A stretch of 58,993 nucleotides of DNA. Source: Chloroflexota bacterium (GTDB lineage Bacteria; Chloroflexota; Dehalococcoidia; JACPPY01). The notes below the pieces were generated by a model. The model saw nothing but the letters and a program-made list of their open reading frames with translations, was not told where the DNA came from and did not search any database. Shown one piece after another: positions 10,036 through 18,880 of this stretch. The stretch lies in NCBI GenBank assembly GCA_016190755.1, contig JACPPY010000076.1, forward strand, positions 1 to 58,993. Reading direction: 5' to 3'. The translations under genes were made by a program, and so were the position numbers. Positions within the stretch are counted from its first letter, which is position 1, and each line of letters starts with the position of its first letter.

Positions 10036-11430
10036 ATGCAGTCCCCTCATAAGAATGGGACCAGCCGTCTCATCAGAACATTGCGCTGCAAGAACCTGAA
10101 CATCCCCGGCACTCTGGGGAGGCTTGCTTCCACCATAGGTTCTTCCGGAGCCGACATCGGGAACATAACCACCGTATACACGGGCCATAACTATGTTGTC
10201 AGGGACATAGATGTAATAGCCGAGAATGAGGCTTCCTTGGGACGCCTTACCGAACAGATATCGCAGCTTCCCGAGGTCAAACTCCTCGAGGTCATGGATG
10301 CAGTACTCGAAATGCACAAGAACGGCAAGGTCAGGATGATGAGCACAGTAGCCATTAAGTCGCTGGATGCCCTCAGGATGGCCTATACGCCGGGTGTTGC
10401 CGAGGTATGCCAGCTCATCCAAAACCACCCGGAGAAAAAAGATGTCTACACCAGCATACCGGCCTCCGTTGCCATAGTCACCGACGGGACAGCCGTGCTG
10501 GGTCTTGGCAACGTAGGATCGGTCGCAGGCATGCCGGTGATGGAAGGAAAAGCAGCGTTGCTGCAACAGCTTGTGGGTATTAGCGGTATACCCGTACTCC
10601 TGGATACTGCGGACGCCGATGAAGTCGTTGCGACAGTGAGACACATAGCACCTACCTTTGCCGGAATACACCTTGAAGATATTGCATCCCCGAGGTGTTT
10701 TGAAATTGAAAAACGTCTTCAGGCAGAGCTTCCAATACCTGTCATGCACGACGACCAGCACGGCACAGCGGTGGTGGTACTGGCGGCGCTTATAAACGCG
10801 TGCAAGATAGCTCGCATATCGCTGCAGCATGCCAGGATAGGAGCCATCGGGCTGGGAGCCGCCGGACTGTCTATAGCTACTCTGTTGATGGAGTTCACGG
10901 GCAACCCCGTGTACGGTACGGCAAGAACTGTAGCCAGCACCTCGCGGCTTGTCGAGCGAGGCGGCAAGGCATCGAACGTCGAAGAGATAATGCGCGACTC
11001 TGACATAGTTGTGTGCACCAGTGGAGTACAGGGACTTGTAAAGCCAGAGATGGTCAGGAAGGGCCAAATACTACTCGCCCTTTCCAACCCGTATCCGGAA
11101 ATAGAACCGGAAGTTGCCAGGGAAGCGGGCGCGGCCGTGGCCGCCGACGGCCGCTCCGTGAATAACCTCCTGGGTTATCCCGGGCTCTGGCGCGGTACAC
11201 TTGACGCCAAGGCAACTGCCATGACCAGCAGTATGTACAAAGCCGCGGCGCTCGCCATTGCGGCTGCCACACGAGAAGGGGAGCTCGTACCCAGCCCGTT
11301 GGACTGCAATGCCCACCTCGCTGTGGCAAAGGCTGTGGCAAGAGCCGCAATGGACTCCGGTGTGGCTCGCCGCCGGCTTGATGATGAATACTTCCAGCAG
11401 AAAGACGTCAAAGGACCTGTCTGGGAGTAA
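10036..11430 (+). CDS. NAD(P)-dependent malic enzyme with N-terminal ACT-like domain
   Basis: AYTPGVA, VTDGTAVLGLG, PVMEGKA, LEDI, HDDQHGT, GLGAAG and ALSNP motifs; N-terminal NIPGTLGRL...GADIGNI ACT pattern. Confidence 0.92.
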   Translation: MQSPHKNGTSRLIRTLRCKNLNIPGTLGRLASTIGSSGADIGNITTVYTGHNYVVRDIDVIAENEASLGRLTEQISQLPEVKLLEVMDAVLEMHKNGKVRMMSTVAIKSLDALRMAYTPGVAEVCQLIQNHPEKKDVYTSIPASVAIVTDGTAVLGLGNVGSVAGMPVMEGKAALLQQLVGISGIPVLLDTADADEVVATVRHIAPTFAGIHLEDIASPRCFEIEKRLQAELPIPVMHDDQHGTAVVVLAALINACKIARISLQHARIGAIGLGAAGLSIATLLMEFTGNPVYGTARTVASTSRLVERGGKASNVEEIMRDSDIVVCTSGVQGLVKPEMVRKGQILLALSNPYPEIEPEVAREAGAAVAADGRSVNNLLGYPGLWRGTLDAKATAMTSSMYKAAALAIAAATREGELVPSPLDCNAHLAVAKAVARAAMDSGVARRRLDDEYFQQKDVKGPVWE

Positions 11431-11617
11431 TGCTCCCATATCCGGGATTGCCCTTGCGCGTAATAAGCAGCTTCTGAGAAAACTCACCTGACCATCTCCC
11501 TTTTCCCCCGCCGCAACGCTGCTCAGGAGCCTCGGTATCCGTGGCAATTACATGATTTGCCCATCAAGGCCACACTGCAAGCAAACACACACAAGTTATA
11601 TTCTTGCGATGTCAGTT

Positions 11618-11718
11618 GTGTCGTTGTGAGGATGTTCGAGGACAGGCAAACCTGCTCGAGAACAGAGTTTGCTATCTGGTCATCTTGACAAGACATTCCT
11701 AACAACATCACAACACAC
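11618..11718 (+). promoter_or_regulatory. Candidate structured RNA element in the long leader upstream of pilA
   Basis: Nested complementary arms GTGT/ACAC, GTTGT/ACAAC, GATGTT/AACATC, AGGA/TCCT, and inner GCAAAC/GTTTGC. Confidence 0.35.
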
Positions 11719-11836
11719 TTAGTTGCCCGATACCTTGAGCCCTATGCTTATCTGTATCCCTGGAGGGAAAACATTTATTGCGGAACCTATGGCTGGATAG
11801 TGGCCACACCAGCCAAGGACATAAGGAGGGAAAAGT

Positions 11837-12208
11837 ATGAAACATTTTAGGAGAGGAAGCAAAGGTTTCACCCTGGTAGAAATGCTCGTGGTCGTTGCAA
11901 TCTTAGGCGTTCTTGCCGCAGTGGCTATCCCGAATGTTGGGAAATTCATAGGTAAGGGGAAGACCGAGGCCTACGCCACGGAACTCCATGATATCCAGAC
12001 CGCCGTCACGGCCATGTTATCCGAAAGCACCACGGCGACACTTGTCCAACCACTCGCGAATGTTACAGATATGGCCACTGTTTTGACCACCGATACTACA
12101 GCTTTGAAGCTGAGCGACTACCTCACTGGGCTCAACGGCACCAGTGTGAAGACGCCCGCCAATTACAGCTTCTCCGCCACCGGTACTGTAACCCAGACTA
12201 TCCCATAG
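11837..12208 (+). CDS. pilA: Major type IV pilin
   Basis: Class III signal KG|FTLVE with E5, hydrophobic N-terminal helix and P22; strong AAGGAGG RBS. Confidence 0.92.
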   Translation: MKHFRRGSKGFTLVEMLVVVAILGVLAAVAIPNVGKFIGKGKTEAYATELHDIQTAVTAMLSESTTATLVQPLANVTDMATVLTTDTTALKLSDYLTGLNGTSVKTPANYSFSATGTVTQTIP

Positions 12209-12242
12209 CAATAGAAACATAGCCAGCTCACATCTCTAAGGC

Positions 12243-12279
12243 ATCACCACCCCCTGATGGGGCTTCAGGGGGTGGTGAT
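12243..12279 (+). terminator. Stem-loop between pilA and pilC (terminator or mRNA stabiliser)
   Basis: ATCACCACCCCCTGA...TCAGGGGGTGGTGAT, a 15-bp perfect stem without a U tract. Confidence 0.7.
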
Positions 12280-12311
12280 CTCCAAAGCAGATTCTCATCC
12301 CGGGAGCAAGC

Positions 12312-13523
12312 ATGCAATTCTCGTATGTCGGCTACGCTGAAGACCACAAAATAGTCCGGGGCACGATATCCGCTCCAAGTGAAGGGGTAGCAGGTCAGGT
12401 ACTTGCTCGCAACGGGTACCGGGTGCTCGACATCAAGCCTACCATCTCTTTCTTGCCATCTTGGGAGAAACTTTTCCCTTCGCTGGTGAAAACGAAACCG
12501 GAAACGGTGGTGATGTTCTCCCGGCAACTGGCCCTGCTCCTGGAATCAGGTACAGACATAGTAACGGCATTGGAATTACTACAGGCCCAGGCTTCTAACC
12601 GCAACCTCGATAATGTGCTGGGCAGGATCATCGCAGACCTTCGCAACGGCGAACATTTGTCCACCGCCATGGCAAAACACCCTACCGTTTTCCCAAAGAT
12701 GTACGTCCAATCGCTCCTTGTAGGAGAGCAGAGCGGTGGGTTGGAAACAGTTCTCCGTCAGATAGCGGATTATATGGAGAAAGAAACGAAGGCTGCCAAA
12801 AGTATAAAGGGAGCCATGAGATACCCGATTATAGTTGGTGTCATCGCAGTCATAGTAATCGCTGTCATGATTATGTTTGTCTTTCCCGCTTTCGCGAGCC
12901 TGTATGCCACATTGGGAACAGAGTTGCCTTTGCCCACGAAGATAGTTATGTCCTCGGTTCAAGCCTTATCGCAGTATGGACTCTATGGCATAGGTGCAAT
13001 CCTCTTGATAGTTGTCGCCATCATGGCTTATGTCAAGACGCCGGGAGGAAAACTTCAATGGGATGGCGTAGTACTCAAGACACCTGTGCTCGGCCGTGTG
13101 GCCCATTTGAGTGAGCTAGCGCGCTGCTGCCGCAGCATATCAATCTTGTTCCGAGCCGGGCTGCCATTACCAAGAATAATGTCGCTGGTATCTGAAGGCA
13201 GCAACAATCTCGTGGTCAAGAACGCACTGGATCGTGTGCGGCAGGCGATGCTCAAGGGCGAAGGCCTGGCAGCACCGATGTCCAGGGATATGCTCTTCCT
13301 GCCAATGATGGTCCAGATGGTCCGGGTCGGCCAGGCGACCGGCAATTTGGATGTTACGCTGGCCTCGGTAGCCGAATGTTACGAAACTGAGGCTGAGGAC
13401 AAGATGAAATCGTTTGTTGCGATGCTGCAGCCAGCCATCACACTGTTCGTAGGCGGCGTGGTAGGACTTATCGCGATATCCCTTATATCTGCTATGTACT
13501 CTATTTACGGACAGGTCTCATGA
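12312..13523 (+). CDS. pilC: Type IV pilus platform protein PilC (T2SS F family)
   Basis: FSRQLALLLESG, GEQSGGLE, YP and GQATGNLD; duplicated T2SSF domains. Confidence 0.95.
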   Translation: MQFSYVGYAEDHKIVRGTISAPSEGVAGQVLARNGYRVLDIKPTISFLPSWEKLFPSLVKTKPETVVMFSRQLALLLESGTDIVTALELLQAQASNRNLDNVLGRIIADLRNGEHLSTAMAKHPTVFPKMYVQSLLVGEQSGGLETVLRQIADYMEKETKAAKSIKGAMRYPIIVGVIAVIVIAVMIMFVFPAFASLYATLGTELPLPTKIVMSSVQALSQYGLYGIGAILLIVVAIMAYVKTPGGKLQWDGVVLKTPVLGRVAHLSELARCCRSISILFRAGLPLPRIMSLVSEGSNNLVVKNALDRVRQAMLKGEGLAAPMSRDMLFLPMMVQMVRVGQATGNLDVTLASVAECYETEAEDKMKSFVAMLQPAITLFVGGVVGLIAISLISAMYSIYGQVS

Positions 13524-13975
13524 GACTGTTTCCTCGCGCAACGTCCGACGTCTCGAGACCCACCAAGCAGGATTTGTATCTGCGGGCCGAAAATGCTGGC
13601 ATCACGATGGTTGAGACGGCGATTGGCCTGGCAATACTAGGTCTGGTGGCTGTGGCGTTCCTCAGCGGGGTGGCCACTTCTTCGCGGGCGGCTCAAATAT
13701 CCGATCGAAGAGTAACGGCCGAGCGCCTGGCCCGAAGCCAGATAGAATACGTTAAGAGCCAGTCATATATAAGAATGGACGGAGGAGGCAGGCACTACAG
13801 GCTCGAAACTTTCCCGTCCGGATTCAGTGGCGAATTGCAGTCGGTGGCGATGGACCCTACCACGGCGCAGCCGCTACCAGCAGGTCAGGACGTGGGACTG
13901 CAAGAGATAACGGTCTCCGTGACGCAAGGCAGCAAGGCAGTATTCACTCTGAATGACTATAAGACGGACCGGTGA
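13520..13975 (+). CDS. Minor pilin
   Basis: AG|ITMVE prepilin cleavage motif followed by a hydrophobic helix; start overlaps the pilC stop. Confidence 0.8.
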   Translation: MRLFPRATSDVSRPTKQDLYLRAENAGITMVETAIGLAILGLVAVAFLSGVATSSRAAQISDRRVTAERLARSQIEYVKSQSYIRMDGGGRHYRLETFPSGFSGELQSVAMDPTTAQPLPAGQDVGLQEITVSVTQGSKAVFTLNDYKTDR

Positions 13976-14018
13976 CCAGAACGTAGCTGGTGCCCACCGC
14001 TCTAGGCGGTGTTTGTGC

Positions 14019-14612
14019 ATGATCAACAGAAGACAAAGTCATATACCTCCCGAACGTAACAGCCGATGGGGAGACACGAAACCCAAAGGCTCAAGAAGTT
14101 CCGCTGGCTTCACGTTTGTGGAGGTACTCCTGGTAATGACCATATCCGGAATTATCACGGCGGTCGTAGCCATAGGCATATTCCAGGTCTTGCAAGGCAG
14201 CAAGAGGAACCGGGACCACCTGACCGCGCTGCGGCAGGTGCAGAACGCGGGCTTCTGGGTTGGCCGGGATACGCTTATGGCGCAGACGATTACCGTCGGT
14301 GACGACCTATCTACACCAGGAGTGGAATTCATTGTACTGGACTGGGTTGACTGGTCAGATGGAGATAAGACCACTATCACATACACCCTCGAAGACATGC
14401 CGGGAGCGCTCAAGAGGTTGATGCGACGGAACAAGATGGTCGATCAGCTTGGGACCACTGTGAAATGGGATGGGACAACCCAGGTGGCCGACCGTATCAG
14501 CACTGCAAGTTTCACCCAGCAGTCGGGTGTGTGGAGACTAGACGTCCAGGCACGATCAGGAAACCAGACGGAGTCGGGACAATATTCCGCCCAGCAGAGG
14601 CTGGATTTATAG
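14019..14612 (+). CDS. Minor pilin (PilW/GspJ-like)
   Basis: AG|FTFVE motif. Start is uncertain (ORF open from 13953). Confidence 0.8.
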   Translation: MINRRQSHIPPERNSRWGDTKPKGSRSSAGFTFVEVLLVMTISGIITAVVAIGIFQVLQGSKRNRDHLTALRQVQNAGFWVGRDTLMAQTITVGDDLSTPGVEFIVLDWVDWSDGDKTTITYTLEDMPGALKRLMRRNKMVDQLGTTVKWDGTTQVADRISTASFTQQSGVWRLDVQARSGNQTESGQYSAQQRLDL

Positions 14613-15485
14613 ATGATTAGGTATCTTCATAGAATTGTGAAGGGCAACGAAGGCCAGATTTTCCCGCTGGTACTCATATTGCTTTTGGTCGGCGGGCTTG
14701 TGGTAGTACCAGGGTTAAGCTACGCATCTACCGCGATCAACGGCGGCAAGATAACCGAGCGCAACGTCAAAGGGCTGTACGCCGCAGATTCAGGCGTTGA
14801 GCATGCTATCTGGAAGCTTAAGAACTCCCCTCCAGAACTCTTCCCACATCTGTATCAGTTGACCGGCATAAACGGGTCAACGGTCGACATACGCATCGAC
14901 CAGATGACCCAGATCTATGGGCTGGCTATCGGGTCACCGGGAGTCCACTCCGACTATTTGGCTGTGGAGACGAGCCTGGTATATGACGCACCTGCGCAGA
15001 ACTGGCTCTACACCGTCACGATAATAAACAAGGACACGTCCACTATCCATTTAGATAAGGTTGTGGTCAAGATACCTGAGCAGTTCCAGTACATACCAGG
15101 CACAACTTCTGGTGACCTGACAGTGGCCGACCCCAGTACTATAACCGGCGATATCGAGACAGGCATGATGCTGGATTGGGACTTCGAAACGCCCAGGCCC
15201 ATGATCCCGGCCGGCCCCAATCCTCCCGCCGGCCAATATGGATCAGCTACGCACATCTTCCGATTGAGCGCCCCGGAGTCTTATGCCGGAGACAACGGGT
15301 ATATATGGGTGGTAGCTGAGAGAGAGGATATAGGTGCCGTAGGGGGCATACTGTACCAGATAACCTCCCAGGCAGTGGAATCTGGACGCACAGTTGCCAA
15401 GATCAAGGCAGGTATACTGAAGGACCCCGATACCGGATCTGTCGTAATCACTCATTGGGACATTAATCCCGTTCTTGGAGACTAA
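14613..15485 (+). CDS. Minor pilin lacking E5 (PilX/GspK-like)
   Basis: EG|QIFPLVL without Glu5, and YAADSGVEHA, a PilX N-terminal pattern. Confidence 0.75.
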   Translation: MIRYLHRIVKGNEGQIFPLVLILLLVGGLVVVPGLSYASTAINGGKITERNVKGLYAADSGVEHAIWKLKNSPPELFPHLYQLTGINGSTVDIRIDQMTQIYGLAIGSPGVHSDYLAVETSLVYDAPAQNWLYTVTIINKDTSTIHLDKVVVKIPEQFQYIPGTTSGDLTVADPSTITGDIETGMMLDWDFETPRPMIPAGPNPPAGQYGSATHIFRLSAPESYAGDNGYIWVVAEREDIGAVGGILYQITSQAVESGRTVAKIKAGILKDPDTGSVVITHWDINPVLGD

Positions 15486-15488
15486 TGC

Positions 15489-16112
15489 ATGAAACTCAGC
15501 AAGGCATCCCTGGGGATATTAGGCATAGGCTTTTTCGTCATAATCGGCTCCGGCATCGGTCTGTATTCAAGCCAGCAGGGAGAAGAACAGGCAAAGCTGG
15601 AGAAGCAACTTGTGTCTACAAACAACAGGATAAAGAACCTGCCGGCAAGAACAGGCAATGGCGATCTGGTGACGCAGCAGAAACAGATTGAAGCTTCGCA
15701 AGCCGACTCAGGCGTCCGGCTCCAGGCTACCATGGCGCGACTTCGCCAACAGGTAGAGAGCATAGAAACTGCAACTACACTTTACCGGGTCGCAGGTGAG
15801 TCTGGAGTAGCGGTCGTCTCTTTTACCACATCACCTCCGGCAGACAAAAAGGTAAAGAACATATCACTATCCTCGGTGTTGTTCACAGCAACAGTTGAAG
15901 GTGCCATACCGGACCTGGTGACGTTCGTGTCCAGGTTCAGCAGCCAGTTTCCAACAGGCGTGGTAGAGTCAGCCGATATCACAGTACCGACAGCTTCGCC
16001 CCAAAAAGAGGTTTCCGGAGTGACTCCCACGCCAACTCCAAATCAGAAGGACCAACCAAAACGGCCACGGGCCACTGTGGCATTGCGAATATTTCACTAT
16101 GAAGACAGGTAG
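15489..16112 (+). CDS. PilO-like alignment-complex protein
   Basis: N-terminal TM, coiled coil, then ATVEGAIPDLVTFV ferredoxin-like pattern; operon context. Confidence 0.6.
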   Translation: MKLSKASLGILGIGFFVIIGSGIGLYSSQQGEEQAKLEKQLVSTNNRIKNLPARTGNGDLVTQQKQIEASQADSGVRLQATMARLRQQVESIETATTLYRVAGESGVAVVSFTTSPPADKKVKNISLSSVLFTATVEGAIPDLVTFVSRFSSQFPTGVVESADITVPTASPQKEVSGVTPTPTPNQKDQPKRPRATVALRIFHYEDR

Positions 16113-16115
16113 AAT

Positions 16116-17585
16116 ATGCGGGGCACGATTGTAACTTTACAGGTAAACGACACCAGTATTCGCATGCTCGCCACACGGGGCAAGCGAGTGAGGCGCTGGC
16201 ATGAGATGCCGTTGGAGCCTGAGCTGGTCAAGGATGGCTTGGTAACCGACCCTCCGAAGCTCGCGGTCAAGCTCAGGGATATGCTGCAAGCCCTCGAAAT
16301 AAATGCCCGAACCGCGATAGTAGGCATGAGCGGCGTACATTGCCTGTTCCGTGTTATTTCTCTGCCTCAGTTGTCGGCGTCCATGTTGGACCAGGCGATC
16401 AGGCGCGAGGCTGAGGTGGCCTTGCAAGTTCCACTTGAGCAGGTACACCTGTGCTGGCAAGTAATCAACAGCGTCGGCGATGAAATCAAGGTGTTCCTGG
16501 CCGCCCCTCCACGTAACACAGTTGAATCGCTGATAACCACCATGCAACTGGCAAACATTCAGATACGGGAATTTGACCTCGCGCCTCTAGCCGTTTCCAG
16601 AGTGGTCGAGGTGGAAACCGCCATTGTAGCTGATATCCGCTCCGTAGAGGCTGATATCGTGATAATGATCGACGGCGTACCGCAGATTGTCCGGACTCTG
16701 CCGTATCCCGCTGATGCCCAGAACGTTCAAGAAAAACTGCTGGCGGTATCCGGCGAGATGGACCGCGCCATATCATACATTAACGCCAATTCCACACAAC
16801 TGGGCCAGGAGACACCGGTACTCATCTCGGGCGACCTGGTTCAAGAGGACGCAACGCAACAGTTCCTGAGTGCGGAGTTGAACCGCAATGTGATGCGGCA
16901 ACAGTTCCCGTTCGACTATCCAGAAGGCTTCGCAGCAAATCGCTACATAGCGAACGCGGGCCTGGCACTGCGCAGAATGAAGCCCGGCAGGAGGAACGGA
17001 TCACAAACACCGCTGTTGAATGCATTGCCGCATAGCTACCGGCGAAACTTCCGTGGTTTGTTCCAAGCAGCAGGCATCACTCTGGGCGCAGTTGCAGCGG
17101 TAGGCATCCTGGCCTATACCGCACTCTTGGCACGAGGCAATGCCGCTAAGACAACTTCGCTGCAGGCGCAGCTTGACACAGCCAACACGCTCCTTCAGAC
17201 ACGTGTGGGCCAGCAACAGGCCGACAAAAAGGAGGCGGACGACTTGAAAGCCAAGATATCCAAGGCACGGGCAGCCGCCGATGCTCTTGCGGCGCAGGCC
17301 ACAGCATTTGATAGCGTTTACAGCGACTTCACAAAACAGCGTGATGGTGCTAACGGAGATGTGTCGCTGGCTGTAAGCGCGGTGAAATCCGGGTTACAAC
17401 TATCGCAAGTTGAGCGAACTGGAAACGACTTGACCATACGCGGTCTGGCTGCCGGGGAGACAGATGTTGTGAGCTACGCCAGCGCACTCAGGAGCAGCAA
17501 ACGTTTCACGCATGTAGCGGTGTCCAGCTTGCAGCAAACGGACGCTGGCTTGCGGTTCATACTGACGCTTGAGGCGGTACAATAA
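16116..17585 (+). CDS. pilM: PilM-PilN fusion
   Basis: Actin-like PilM region (GLVTDP, VFLAAPPR, IVADI, IDGVPQIVR), then LLNALP, a TM helix, a coiled coil and a PilN-like LTIRGLA...YASALR domain. Confidence 0.8.
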   Translation: MRGTIVTLQVNDTSIRMLATRGKRVRRWHEMPLEPELVKDGLVTDPPKLAVKLRDMLQALEINARTAIVGMSGVHCLFRVISLPQLSASMLDQAIRREAEVALQVPLEQVHLCWQVINSVGDEIKVFLAAPPRNTVESLITTMQLANIQIREFDLAPLAVSRVVEVETAIVADIRSVEADIVIMIDGVPQIVRTLPYPADAQNVQEKLLAVSGEMDRAISYINANSTQLGQETPVLISGDLVQEDATQQFLSAELNRNVMRQQFPFDYPEGFAANRYIANAGLALRRMKPGRRNGSQTPLLNALPHSYRRNFRGLFQAAGITLGAVAAVGILAYTALLARGNAAKTTSLQAQLDTANTLLQTRVGQQQADKKEADDLKAKISKARAAADALAAQATAFDSVYSDFTKQRDGANGDVSLAVSAVKSGLQLSQVERTGNDLTIRGLAAGETDVVSYASALRSSKRFTHVAVSSLQQTDAGLRFILTLEAVQ

Positions 17586-17586
17586 A

Positions 17587-18729
17587 GTGGATTTACTATC
17601 AATGGTCGGCCTTGCCCGCGAACGTCAGGCATCTGATCTGCATTTGACCCCGGGCTATCCTCCCATGCTGCGCATACATGGCCATATCGTTCCACTGGAG
17701 GGATCAGAATCACTGACGCCACCCAGCATGGTCGAGGCACTGGCTCAGATTGCAAACAAGGAGCAGTTAGCCGAGTTCGAACGCGAGATGGAACTCGATA
17801 TGGGATGCAACCTTTCCGATGGCAGCCGCATACGGTGCAACGCCGCCAGACAGCGCAGTTCTATAAGCATGGCAATCCGTTTGCTGCCTCCCAAAGTCCC
17901 AAGCATAGAAGAGCTTGGACTGCCTGAGGTATGCAAGGACCTGGCGTTGAAACCTAGAGGGCTAGTGATAATCAGCGGTCCCACGGGTAGCGGCAAGTCG
18001 ACGACATTGGCATCCATGATCCACTACCTGAATGCGATTGAGAAGCGTCGCATCGTCACTGTCGAAGACCCGATAGAATACATATACCCTACCGGAACGT
18101 GCTCCATAGTACAGCGGGAGTTAGGCACAGACACGACATCCTTCGCCAATGCCTTGAAGCACGTCCTAAGACAGGATCCAGATGTGATACTTGTTGGTGA
18201 GATGAGAGACTCTGAAACAGCGTCAGCCGTGTTGACTGTGGCTGACACGGGCCACCTTGTCCTCACCACAGGACATGCGCCCAGTGCTTCCCAAGCCGTC
18301 GAACGTGTCATAGACCTGTTCCCGCCGCATGAGCGGCACCTCGCCCAAGCACGGCTGGCATCACTGCTTCTGGGCGTCTTTTGCCAGGCGTTGGTGCCAA
18401 AGGCCGATGGAACCGGACGGGTGGCCGCTGTGGAGATCATGCTGGCAAACCCTGCGGTGAAAAATCTCATTCGAGAGGGCAAAATATACCAACTGCCGAA
18501 CATAATACAGACACACGCCTCCGAGGGTATGCAGTTGCTCGACAGGGTGTTGGTAAACCTTTATTTGGGCCGGACCATTTCTTACGAGAGCATGATGGCC
18601 TTCTGCAACGACCGGAACGAGGTGGAGCGCCTCACTGGAAGGCCACCCGAACCCATTGTGTTGAAAGTCAAGCGGGACAAAGAGCCATCGCGAGACTCGC
18701 AGGTTGATGTCGGGGTCAAGTCAAACTAG
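17587..18729 (+). CDS. pilT: Pilus retraction ATPase PilT
   Basis: ASDLHL, GPTGSGKST, TVEDPIE, RQDPDVILVGEMRD and AVKNLIRE (AIRNLIRE motif). Confidence 0.95.
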   Translation: MDLLSMVGLARERQASDLHLTPGYPPMLRIHGHIVPLEGSESLTPPSMVEALAQIANKEQLAEFEREMELDMGCNLSDGSRIRCNAARQRSSISMAIRLLPPKVPSIEELGLPEVCKDLALKPRGLVIISGPTGSGKSTTLASMIHYLNAIEKRRIVTVEDPIEYIYPTGTCSIVQRELGTDTTSFANALKHVLRQDPDVILVGEMRDSETASAVLTVADTGHLVLTTGHAPSASQAVERVIDLFPPHERHLAQARLASLLLGVFCQALVPKADGTGRVAAVEIMLANPAVKNLIREGKIYQLPNIIQTHASEGMQLLDRVLVNLYLGRTISYESMMAFCNDRNEVERLTGRPPEPIVLKVKRDKEPSRDSQVDVGVKSN

Positions 18730-18880
18730 TCAGAAACCGGTCACTGACCAACCAGGAGAGGCGAGTAAAGACCCCACAGGTTGCTGCGGTCAGAGAACTG
18801 CTTGAAACCTGCCCATAGAACTATGATCAGGCAAAAGCTGTGAGGCCTCTGCGGAAAAAGTTGTTCCTTCGCTTAACTAC

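Noticed and set aside
11837-12208. Electrically conductive pilin working with the multiheme cytochrome
   Set aside because: The mature pilin is 113 aa with only six Phe/Tyr (about 5%) and long aromatic-free gaps; the cytochrome gene is 10 kb away and unlinked.
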